54,870 nucleotides of DNA, taken from Corallochytrium limacisporum Hawaii (lineage: Eukaryota > Protista > Pluriformea). A program made the position numbers and the translations under genes. The stretch is taken from the NCBI GenBank assembly GCA_002811645.1, contig PDIP01000262.1:1-54870 (forward strand), read 5' to 3'. The notes under the pieces are model-generated. The model did no database searches. It was not told where the DNA came from and was given only the letters and a program-made list of their open reading frames with translations. Below are positions 22,844 to 33,418 of this stretch, in pieces. Numbering within the stretch: position 1 is the first letter of the stretch; every line of letters begins with the position of its first letter.

Positions 22844-25015
22844 TCAGTAACTCCCACAGTGACCCCAGCCATCGCCTCCGGAATCCTTAGGTGCATAAAA
22901 CTTCTGCAGCGCATAGTACGCTTGCTTCTTTGTGCGTTTGTCCCTGTCGATTAATCCCTTTCGATTAAAGTCCTTTTGAAGAGCATTCTTGCGCCGCTCG
23001 GTGCGGAAATCGTACAAGAGCCATGGACAAAACCCCTGGAGTTTGTCACCCATCTCTTTCACTGCGCGAAATTGCTGGCGGTAGACTGTGACTTGGTGTT
23101 CTTCTGTGAAGATCCTCGGCATAGGGTCTCCGTCCTCATCTCTCTCATGGTCAATTATACCCTTCTTCTTCCAGTCCAGGTCATGGTGGCCAGCCACCGC
23201 CCCAGCCCCTGTTTCTGTGATTACCAACGGCCGCTCTAGCCTGTAATTTAGAGCAATCTCTCTCATATTTAACAGTGCATCCGGGTAGTACCAGCCATAG
23301 TACTCATTGATCCCGACAACGTCCAATGACTCTGCCAGACGATCAGCCATCCGTCGCGCCTCTCTATTTAGTAGACATGCAGCTCCGACTAACCGCCACG
23401 GATCCTCTGCCCGGGCTGCGTCTACGAGCCGGCGCATAAACACTAACCGCCGGTCTGTATCTTCATTTTCATTGCCGACTCCCCAGCACACGACCGATGC
23501 TCGGTTCCAGTCCCGCCGGATCATCTCCAAGAGCTGGTTCTCTGCGTCGGCGTAAGTTTTCTCAGAGTCAAAATCAATGGCCCAGTACACAGCAATCTCT
23601 GTCCAGAGTAGCAGCCCGATCTCGTCCGCGAGCTGAGTTGCCATTTCATGGTGTGGGTAATGGGCCAGCCGCATGAAGTTGCAGTGCAGATCTTTGGCGT
23701 GGCGGAGACGCTGGCGGATGTCCTGTTCCGACGTCACTTTACCCAGATCTGCATCGTCTTCATGAGCGCAAATGCCACGGAGCCTTAGAGGACGACCGTT
23801 CAGGAGGAGACGGCGGCCAGATCTGCGAATCTCACGCAGCCCAATGTGGTCGATGACGCTGTCCAGGAGCGTAGCAATGTGTCGGCCATTGCTTGTATTT
23901 AGACACAATTTAGCTTCAAAGAGATGTAGTACTGGGTCTTCCGGTGACCACAGTGCCGCCACATCAGGCGCTCGCGGCAATGTGGCACAGAACTTGAGGA
24001 TGTTTGTGGAACCGTTGCTGACCAATGGTTTTGTGCCTGTGACAGACAAGCTATCATGCTCTAAAATCATGCTCTGTGTGCAGTCACCATTCCATGTTAC
24101 CCTAACTTCGACCATGGCTGCATCAGCCAGGGCCTCATCGACCTCAACCTCGACCATGATCTCCACAGTCCGGAGTGTCTCGTCCGGCACCAGAGCGACG
24201 CGGAAGGTGCGAATGAATCCACTACTGTTCAGTCGCAACAGACCCGTCTCTCGGTAGATTCCGCCATATTGGAACCAATCACAATGCCGCATGGGTACTC
24301 TGTCCAATTGACGGTCGTTGTTGACGCAGAGCAAGAGCAAATCTGTGTGATCTACGGCTGGTGTCGCGGTGAGGAGTTCTAAGATTGACAGTGGAGATTC
24401 CTGACTTGATACAGAATCAAGTGCGGCGAAAAGATTCTGCGTCCCATGCTCGGTAATGTCAACATAGAACGGAGTCGATCCACCATAGTGGTTGCCCACA
24501 AATTCGCCGTTGACAAAGACTTTGGTGTCGTAGTTGGCTGCACCGATCCGCAGGAGGATACGTCGAGTCTTAAGCCACGCGCACAGATCCGTAGGAGACT
24601 CGGCCTTTTTCCCGTCTGGGAGGGTTGCATCTGAGCAGCACAGGGCAGACAATTCGGCGTCTGTGAAAAGATCACGTAGCCCAATCTGCTTTCCGTACCA
24701 TGCGCTGCCTTCGTAGTGGAAGTACTGAGGCCTATCAAAGTTCCAATTGCTCGGGATCCGTATCGTCTCGCCGTTGTGGAGGTCATAGTCCCAAGGTTCA
24801 GTGCGCTGCTCCGGGAGAATATGGCAGTTTGCGTACCAACCCTGACGCAGGCCACTGTCATAGCGGTCTAGAGTAAAGGACCACATTCCGTCCAGGGATG
24901 CAATCGGGCGAAACCGATCGTGGACCATGGTTCTATGATTCAGGTTTTGCTTGTTGAAAGGCTCATCGTAGTCCTCGTCGTGAAGGAACTTTTCTTCATC
25001 GATTCCCTCGGGCAT
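22844..25015 (-). CDS. Glycoside hydrolase family 2, beta-glucuronidase / beta-hexuronidase-like
   Basis: LRIGAANYDTKVFVNG, H.GGSTPF, DWFQYGGIYR, LWSPEDP, RLAHYPH, WGVGNE (acid/base), VITETGA (nucleophile), DFR...NRKG (N-x-K carboxylate-binding motif of glucuronidases). No signal peptide. Confidence 0.92.
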   Translation of the reverse strand: MPEGIDEEKFLHDEDYDEPFNKQNLNHRTMVHDRFRPIASLDGMWSFTLDRYDSGLRQGWYANCHILPEQRTEPWDYDLHNGETIRIPSNWNFDRPQYFHYEGSAWYGKQIGLRDLFTDAELSALCCSDATLPDGKKAESPTDLCAWLKTRRILLRIGAANYDTKVFVNGEFVGNHYGGSTPFYVDITEHGTQNLFAALDSVSSQESPLSILELLTATPAVDHTDLLLLCVNNDRQLDRVPMRHCDWFQYGGIYRETGLLRLNSSGFIRTFRVALVPDETLRTVEIMVEVEVDEALADAAMVEVRVTWNGDCTQSMILEHDSLSVTGTKPLVSNGSTNILKFCATLPRAPDVAALWSPEDPVLHLFEAKLCLNTSNGRHIATLLDSVIDHIGLREIRRSGRRLLLNGRPLRLRGICAHEDDADLGKVTSEQDIRQRLRHAKDLHCNFMRLAHYPHHEMATQLADEIGLLLWTEIAVYWAIDFDSEKTYADAENQLLEMIRRDWNRASVVCWGVGNENEDTDRRLVFMRRLVDAARAEDPWRLVGAACLLNREARRMADRLAESLDVVGINEYYGWYYPDALLNMREIALNYRLERPLVITETGAGAVAGHHDLDWKKKGIIDHERDEDGDPMPRIFTEEHQVTVYRQQFRAVKEMGDKLQGFCPWLLYDFRTERRKNALQKDFNRKGLIDRDKRTKKQAYYALQKFYAPKDSGGDGWGHCGSY

Positions 25016-28000
25016 GTTTGCGCTTTACCTTTGTGTCTGCCCTTGGACCTTAAGATATGCCTGACTAATATCGTTCCTCGGGGACTGCTGACGATCTTTC
25101 GATATGACAGAGTCACCTTGCCGCTTCTGGTTTCAACTGTGCGAGTGTTTAAAACACCTCTGTGTTCGAAGGATACCAAACATAGTGGGAGCCTATTTGG
25201 GCAGGGACTCGGTGGGATTCAACCTTGCTTTGATGTGAAGCGAGGCCGTTCTGGAGGGGAGCTTGGCCTCTCTTGGAAGCGATTTACCCGTATCTTTTCT
25301 GACTTGGGGGGAGGGGTTTGTGGGGGGATTTTTTTTTTTTGAGGGGATATATGATTGTGATTCGACACAGCCCGCAAGTAGTAGGGACGGGACATTATGA
25401 ACATATGAAAAGTGTGAATCAAATCAAAAATCTGGGTGGGGCATTGCAAGTTCCTTAGTTTGGGGAACGTGGGGCTTGTGATTCAATACTTGATTTCGTA
25501 CAGTCGTAGGGAACATAGTGCGCACAATTCCAACATATCCAAGGTGCACAAATCTTACCGCCAATGACGATTCAACTATGAGGTAGAGTGGAGTGTCGCA
25601 ATGGTCAAGATGCCCGCTACTTTCTTTGCAATGGCACACAAAGTACGTTTTCTGTCTAAAGTCCACATTCTCTAAGTTCCCATAGTATTCGAATCCACTG
25701 GCACTCTTTCCCGTTTCTCCATTATTGGGAATAGCGTCGATGAAGGGCGATGCTGCGATCTGATCACAGATCGGTCGGCTACATTTATGTGCCTAGCTCC
25801 AAAAATGCAGCCCAATGTTTATACTTTCACCTATCTCGGAATGGTAGTCAATGTTATTGAGTCTGACTAGCTCCGTTGCAGAAAGACGCAATAGAGGCAA
25901 TGTACTGCAAGCTAACGTTGCATGTAGCGGGTGTGTAGGTTTGGCCTGCGTTTGAGTAATGCTAGCTCCTTGCATAAGCAACGATTTTGTTCTGGGGAGG
26001 GGGAGAAGGCAGCCCGAATCTGATCGGGTGTACGGCTATGCGCAAAACAAAAAGCCCCCCCCCCAAAAAAAAACGTTCTTAGAGTCTACCTGCAATTTCG
26101 AAGTCCCACACAGAAGATTATGCACTAGTCTTGCGCTGCCATAACTTCTTTTGTGTGGCAAAGCGACATATAGTTGCCTTTGCACAGGTAGGTCACCCCT
26201 TCCATTGCTTACTGTGTTCTTCTGTGGCCCTCGTCCCAGGTTCATGTCTGTCTGTCTTCCACCTCTTCTTGTCGCTACGTCCACAGTACCACACTTTCGC
26301 CTCTCTCCTCTCTCCTGTCTCTAAGGTTTCGCTGCAAATATTTCAAGGGACCGCGGGGTCCAAAATCCTACTCTCGGAATGCTGAGGAAGGGCCGACGGG
26401 GTCCCAAATATCCTTCCCGGTCCTCTACTTCTAGCGGCCCACTCTGTGCAAATCTGTGCTCCACTCTTTTTCTGCGAGGAACGGTGAAGTCCAGGACTTA
26501 GTTTATCACTGAGAGTCATCATCGTATTCGGCACGCTTTTCCTACCGTACACTTGTACAGAATTCGAAGACAGGTATAAAGCCTGACCTTCTCTTAGGCT
26601 CAAGGTTGTACAATGTCCCTTCAGCCCGAACTGCCTTTCCTGACGACCCTTGCTACTGTGCGTCCTTGTTGGGATTCCCATTCCCGTGCAATTTGTACAA
26701 ATTGGCCGCCCACTGCCACTTGCCCATGCCCACCGTGTTGGGCCGCGGAACTGGATACTTAATAAGCGAACGGAACCTTACATCCCTGTTGTCAACGCAT
26801 GTTTGTCCTTCTTCCTCCTTCATACATTGCAGCAAACACACTCATACACCCACACGTGGGACATGAAAATGCAGCCCTCGAGCATGAGCTCTTCTGTTGA
26901 AAAGTTTGGGCACTGGTGTTTGTTTTGACGGATGGTGTTATAGAGCCATGGGACTTGGAGGTTTCTTACACCCTCCCGGTCCCCCCTCCCCTCGTAGGGG
27001 GGCGGGGGGTTGGCGGGATGCGCAGTAATTCCTCAGCATGAGCGGGAGACCAAGACTGGACAAAGTGGACAATATCTAAGTGCACTGGGTATAGAACAGA
27101 GGCCGACGTCAAGTCGGTCTCAACGTGTCGCAGCGATACGGATTAGCTAACCCTTTGGGTGTGATGCATTGGGCTGGGATGCGGCGCTCACGGGTGCGCA
27201 CAGCAACCTGCATATCCATAAGACTTGGGATGTGCCCGGGTATTAGTGCGAAAAATAAAGTGTCAGGATCGATGGGGGAGTAATTGTCAAACAAACAGTG
27301 CACCAGGACCTGCATCTATGGAAAAAAATACAAGTTCCGATTTTCAAAAGGCAAAACCGGAGACAAAAATGAAATGTCGCATTCCGCAATTGCGTTTGGC
27401 GAACCAGCAGGAAGGTGGCAATAGAACTCGTTTCGACCTTGTCCAAAGGGCTTCGCACACTCCCTTTTTGCCCCTTGCTTCATAGTGTGAAGAAATCCCA
27501 AATAAAGCTACCTGTCCAGCAGGGCAATCCCCGAAAGTATTGTTTAATGTTTCGGCTGGAGCAGAATGAATGAATCATGGACAATGGGTGCGCAATGGTT
27601 AGTCAGTGTGTCTGTGTGGGTGTTTCTGTGTGAGTGAATGCCATGAAGCCGTACAGGACTGTTGCGCACGCCGGCCACTGGTTCGGTTTATATTGGAGAA
27701 ATAGTTTTATTAGCGTATTTGCCTCCCCTGCCTGTTTCTGCATTCCAGCGATGAGGATCTTTTTCGCCCCCAGTCTTGGACGCGGACGGGGCGGAGAGGG
27801 GGCTGTTTGCTACCGATTTCCCTAGCCCCTCATTGTGCGCAGAGATGGACCATCGGGTGAACCCCCAATGCCCGGTCCGCCCGTTCTGGCGAGAGGCAGG
27901 AGAAAGGCGACCACTTAGCAAAGCGGACTGGATTAAATGTGTGCTCCATTTGCACCTTGGATGTTCACCTTAACTATCACTTGTTAAGTTGGCTTTCTTC

Positions 28001-28970
28001 TGGGTGACTTGCCGTCGACCTTAGAGAACACACGGAGATATTAATAAAGAAAAAACCCCTTTTGAGCGAACTTCCTAAGATTGCGTAGAGAGTGGGGAGA
28101 GATCATAAGGGCCGGGGCAAAAAGGGAGAAAGGCGAGAGAGAAAGGAGGGGAGGGGGGAAAGGGGAACCTGGCGCGCGCCTCCGCCGCTCGAGAGACCTG
28201 GAGACTTCCCAGCCCCAGGTATGGCTCTGGTTTGCAGCAGCACCCAAGGTGTACCTCATGTGCTGAGTATAAGGGAAGAAGAGAAAGGAGAAAACTGACG
28301 GAAGCTCTCCTCCTCTTCCTACTCCTCCCTCTTCCTCCTCCTCCTCTATCCTTCTGCTGTGGTCAAGGGTGTTGTCTGGTTTGTTGCTGTGGTTGTTCTC
28401 TATGTTTCATTCATAGTAAGAGTGAAAGTGCGTAAGTGTCTACGTTTATCATATCGCTAGAGTTTATTTTTGGAGGGTTGCTCGACAATGTTGCCCTTGT
28501 TTCGGGAGAATGTAATTCTGTACAAGGAATGGTGAGAAAGAAGAGATGAAAGATTACATAATGTCAGAGAACGAACGAAAGAAGTGCGTACAAACTACAA
28601 TGGGTCTCGCCACCGTTGCTATTTTTGCTAATCTAGAGATTGTATGTCACTGGAGTCCCCTAAAACGGTCTTGTACGCGTTCGTTTTAGCTCTCTTTGCC
28701 CGCTTTCTTACACTTGCATGCGACGCGGTCATGTATATAAAGCAACGATCCCTTGGTACTGAGAAGAGCAGTCCCCGGCGCGTTTCACAGATGCACGATT
28801 CACTTACTTGCATTTGATACGGAAAGTTAGAAGAAGCAAGCGCATCCAACCCAGCTGGAAACTGGCAAGTTCTCCCGTGTAAGAAATAAGCCACATAGAC
28901 AGATCAAGCAATCTGTTCAGACTCTCGGTTCCGTTCCAAGTACTAATTTACGAAACGATAAGCAATCACG

Positions 28971-30356
28971 ATGACCTACCGTTTCCTGGCCCTCCTGTCC
29001 CTTTCCCTGGCCCTGGCTGCGGACGCTGCTCCTTCTACTGCTATTGGTGAAGGTAACCCGGAGCCTAGCTCCAGTCCCAACCCGGAGCCTAGCTCCAGTC
29101 CCAACCCGGAGCCTAGCCCCAGTCCCCAGGATGATGATGTGGGCGAGTCTTCTGGCTCAAAGCACCTGTTTAACAACGTATTCGTCTTTGGCGACTCCCT
29201 CAGCGATCTGGGCAACTTATCCCCGGCTCCATTTACTAACGAAGTCGATCGCAAGGGCTATTTCTCACCCGATCCGTTCACAGGCGCTCCCTTCACTGCT
29301 CCAGAACGTGCCTTCAAGAAGTGCATTAATCCTGTCCACGATATCGCGCCGACTAACACCCCCAACGACGGCTATGGCTGGTCCGAATATTTCCTGTCCA
29401 TTGCTGCCGAACAAGGAGGCTCCCCGTCCGCTGGCATCATCCCCAACATGTCCGTGTTCAGAGAGAAATGTCACAAGGAAGTGCAAGCCCACATCGAGAG
29501 CGAGACCTCCCAGGATGGCGATGCTCCTGACGCCAGCACTTTGTCTGTGAACTACGCTTGGGCGTCAGGTACCACATACGGTCCGTGCAAGACTCCCCTC
29601 AAGGATCCTTTGGATGTAAACTGCAATCCGTTTACGGTTCTTACCGCGTGGCTGCAAAACGACATCGACTCACGCGTCCTGGACATCGTCGTACCGCCTG
29701 TTTCGATTCAGCGCAGTTTCTACCTCCAGGACATTGCTCAAGGCCGGATCATTCCTGCTGAGGACGACGTGGTAATTATCTGGAGCGGTGCAAATGACCT
29801 TGTGCGTGACGTTCAGGAGCTTGTGGACAAGCATGTTGACATTTTTGAAAAGCTCCATGACCTGGAAGCCATTGCTTTTGGCATTGCCGACCATCTGGTA
29901 CAGGACGCTGCCAGTTTCCTTGACGCTAACCTTGATCTTCCCATGAAGCAGGTTTATGTCGTCGGTATGTTCAATATCGATGTCTTGCCTATTGCCTCTA
30001 AGATCCCTGGTGGTGTAAGCCTCGGAAAGACGGTCGTGGAGTGGTACAATTCACGAGTGAAGGCTCACATTACTGAGTTCAACCTCGCTAACGTTGGTAG
30101 GAAGCGTATCCATTATGTCGACGCCTTTGAGTATTTCGAGGAGATGGCCAAGGACAAGGAGGTCTTTGGACTTGCCTTTGATTCCAGCGGAAAGCCCGTA
30201 GCATGCCCGGCTCCAACAAACAAGCAGGCTGTCGAATCAAACTGCCGTGGTTACATGATCCACTACGACGGCATCCATCCGAGCTCGAATGCCCACCAGC
30301 AATTCGCTGCTAAGGTCTATGACTATGTCCAGGCCCATCATCATGTGCTTTTCTAA
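28971..30356 (+). CDS. Secreted GDSL/SGNH esterase-lipase
   Basis: Signal peptide, then block I VFGDSLSDLGN, block II NYAWASG, block III IWSGANDL and block V DGIHPS. Confidence 0.93.
   Translation: MTYRFLALLSLSLALAADAAPSTAIGEGNPEPSSSPNPEPSSSPNPEPSPSPQDDDVGESSGSKHLFNNVFVFGDSLSDLGNLSPAPFTNEVDRKGYFSPDPFTGAPFTAPERAFKKCINPVHDIAPTNTPNDGYGWSEYFLSIAAEQGGSPSAGIIPNMSVFREKCHKEVQAHIESETSQDGDAPDASTLSVNYAWASGTTYGPCKTPLKDPLDVNCNPFTVLTAWLQNDIDSRVLDIVVPPVSIQRSFYLQDIAQGRIIPAEDDVVIIWSGANDLVRDVQELVDKHVDIFEKLHDLEAIAFGIADHLVQDAASFLDANLDLPMKQVYVVGMFNIDVLPIASKIPGGVSLGKTVVEWYNSRVKAHITEFNLANVGRKRIHYVDAFEYFEEMAKDKEVFGLAFDSSGKPVACPAPTNKQAVESNCRGYMIHYDGIHPSSNAHQQFAAKVYDYVQAHHHVLF
29055..29126 (+). repeat. 24-bp coding tandem repeat x3 (NPEPSSSP linker)
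   Basis: aacccggagcctagctccagtccc twice, plus one copy with a single substitution. Confidence 0.95.
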
Positions 30357-30822
30357 ATGCCGTATCATCTTCATCAATGCTTTGAGCGATACGGCATGAT
30401 GGACGACCGTGATGTAAGTTTTGTGTTCAACAGCAAGCCGTAAATGAACTCCAAATCACTGAAAAACATCTTAATCATCAGGCCATTACATTCTTCATTC
30501 TGTTCGAAAAGACGGGCATCTACACAGAGTTGACAGATTCTCTTAAGAGCAACATTCAGTTGTGTATTCAAAAGACATTCTCTTATGTGCCATTTAGTAA
30601 GTAAGTGTTGTGGGTGGTGAGTGAAACGAACGAAAGTCGAACACAAGATTTAGACCAAAGCAAGCGGTCCTTCAAAATAACAGCAGTGCAAAACAATAAA
30701 CAAAGTGTCAATCAGTTTTCATGAACCGGTCAGGCAAACACAAACGTGTTGGGCAAGAGGATATGGATTGTCCTCAACGAATTATCCCGGCCTGTTCAGA
30801 ATCAACGGCGTAAGGCCTCACT

Positions 30823-32305
30823 TTAAAAGAAGAAGTTCTCGCAGGGGGCAGCGTCCTCGCACCCATCATCATCTCCACACTTCACACAGACATGGGGCTT
30901 GTCCGGGCCACATTGGCATCCACCGTGCATACACAGGGCGCATTCATCATTGGTTTTGTTGTACCAGCATGCACCGCCGGTCGGCTGAATTGTCCAGGGG
31001 TTATCGTCGCTGCAGGTCCGAATGAGAGTGACCCAATCATACATTTCGTTGGAGGGTGATGCATACAGACGGATTTCAATCTTTGACTCAGTAACTTCCA
31101 TCACACCGTAGCCGTAACCTTCATAATGCTTAGCGTCCCAGTCGTGCCAGGAAGAGAAGGGCATAAGAACTTCACGGTTGCCTGCATTACCTATTGTCAA
31201 GTGGGTAGGCGCTTGCGGGTTTTGGTAGACATGCAGACTGACACCTTCCGTCTTTTCGGGTTCACCATCCTTGACAGGCCAAGTGCGTTCCCCGTTGTGT
31301 ACGTGGCCGGCGATGTACAGCCGGACGTCATTTTCGACAAGCAGGTCCTCCAGACCCCACATTCTTTCTTGTCCGTCCGTTGTGTTAACCAGGATACCTT
31401 CACGCAGAGTCACGGTTGCCTCCCCGCAGTGGTATTCGTCTGCAGAACAGTACATAGGGCGATGACCCCAAATGATAATGTGAGGATATACAGTCCTGTC
31501 CACAGCTTCCAGGTCATCCTTCAACCACTCCCACTGTTGCCGGACCATGTCTTCGATTGGGATTTCCGCCCCGTAAGGTGGGTTTGCAGAAGTGTTGTAG
31601 AAGTAGAGCTCACTGGATACGCTGACAATGTGGACATGGGGCAAGTTCATGGACCAGTAAAAGGGGCTAGTAGAGTTTGATGCCTTGTTGGGCTGGGTGA
31701 AGCGTTCCAGATAGTTGTAGAACAGCCAGTTGGATTCGTGATTACCCATCGTTACGAGATAGGGCAAACGAGAGGCAAAGGACTCGATGGATCTCATGAA
31801 GTGGTCACCATTGGTACTGTTATTCGTGTCCATGTCGTAGGCAAAGTCACCTCCGTGGAATACGGCGTGGAATTGCTCGTTACGGATACGTTCCTCAATA
31901 AGGGGCATAGACACAGAGTTCTCCCATCCCATATCTCCAAAGATGATCATCTTCAGGGGTTCATGGGGGAGTAGTTTCTTAGGCAGGGTTTCTAGCATCA
32001 TGATGGCAGAGTAACCATACTGGGGGTCACCAACCATGTAGCGGAAGTAGCGACTAGATCCCCTATCGGTTTGCTCGGTAAGGCGTCTAATGTTGATTTT
32101 CACTTCATGGAAAAGTTGGATGAACTGGTCGGGCTCACTGCCAGGGTCGTGGAAGAGCCAGCTGCGGCCCTCGAATGAAACCCCGTCTCTGTGGCTGACA
32201 TCGTCGTAGTGCCAGATGTTGGCGGTGGCCTTGTAAGTCTTTTCGGGGTCACATCCTTCTACTACCAGAGCAGGAAGGGCCGTGGCCCACCGGACGACGT
32301 ATTCA
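30823..32305 (-). CDS. Purple acid phosphatase (ACP7-like), 3' portion, 5' end cut by N gap, with a C-terminal Cys-rich module
   Basis: All five PAP metal motifs are present: FGDMG, GGDFAY, GNHE, WGHRPMY, AGHVH. The tail has 10 Cys. Confidence 0.9.
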
Positions 32306-33263
32306 NNNNNNNNNNNNNNNNNNNNNNNNNNNNNNNNNNNNNNNNNNNNNNNNNNNNNNNNNNNNNNNNNNNNNNNNNNNNNNNNNNNNNNNNNNNNNNN
32401 NNNNNCAGTACATAGGGCGATGACCCCAAATGATAATGTGAGGATATACAGTCCTGTCCACAGCTTCCAGGTCAGCCTTCAACCACTCCCACTGTTGCCG
32501 GACCATGTCTTCGATTGGGATTTCCGCTCCGTAAGATGGGTTTGCAGAAGTGTTGTAGAAGTAGAGTTCACTGGATACGCTGACAATGTGGACATGGGGC
32601 AAGTTCATGGACCAGTAAAAGGGGCTGGTAGAGTTTGATGCCTTGTTGGGCTGGGTGAAGCGTTCCAGATAGTTGTAGAACAGCCAGTTGGATTCGTGAT
32701 TACCCATCGTTACGAGATAGGGCAAACGAGAGGCAAAGGACTCGATGGATCTCATGAAGTGGTCACCATTGGTACTGTTATTCGTGTCCATGTCGTAGGC
32801 AAAGTCACCTCCGTGGAATACGGCGTGGAATTGCTCGTTACGGATACGTTCCTCAATAAGGGGCATAGACACAGAGTTCTCCCATCCCATATCTCCAAAG
32901 ATGATCATCTTCAGGGGTTCATGGGGGAGTAGTTTCTTAGGCAGGGTTTCTAGCATCATGATGGCAGAGTAACCATACTGGGGGTCACCAACCATGTAGC
33001 GGAAGTAGCGACTAGATCCCCTATCGGTTTGCTCGGTAAGGCGCCTAATGTTGATTTTCACTTCATGGAAAAGTTGGATGAACTGGTCAGGCTCACTGCC
33101 AGGGTCGTGGAAGAGCCAGCTGCGGCCCTCGAATGAAACCCCGTCGCTGTGGCTGACATCGTCGTAGTGCCAGATGTTGGCGGTGGCCTTGTAAGTCTTC
33201 TCGGGGTCACATCCTTCTACTACCAGAGCAGGAAGGGCCGTGGCCCACCGGACGACGTATTCA
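31448..33263. repeat. 858-bp near-identical direct repeat (31448-32305 vs 32406-33263) flanking a 100-N gap
   Basis: Offset is 958. About nine single-base differences were found by eye and no indels. Confidence 0.95.
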
Positions 33264-33418
33264 TTGTTGTCACCCTCAACGTTGAAGGGAGAGATGTGGA
33301 TCTGCTCTGGATACTGAGGAACAGGCCATTTGAAGTCTCCGGTGCTCACTGCCTGGTCTGCAGCCATTGTCATGGCCACACCACAGGTAATGAAGCTAAA
33401 GATCTCAAAAACACGCAT
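32406..33418 (-). CDS. Purple acid phosphatase, 5' portion with signal peptide, 3' end cut by N gap
   Basis: Signal MRVFEIFSFITCGVAMTMAA, PAP N-terminal FN3 motif YPEQIHIS, then FGDMG, GDFAY, GNHE, GHRPMY. GGTATTTAAG lies at 33522-33531 (- strand). Confidence 0.9.
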
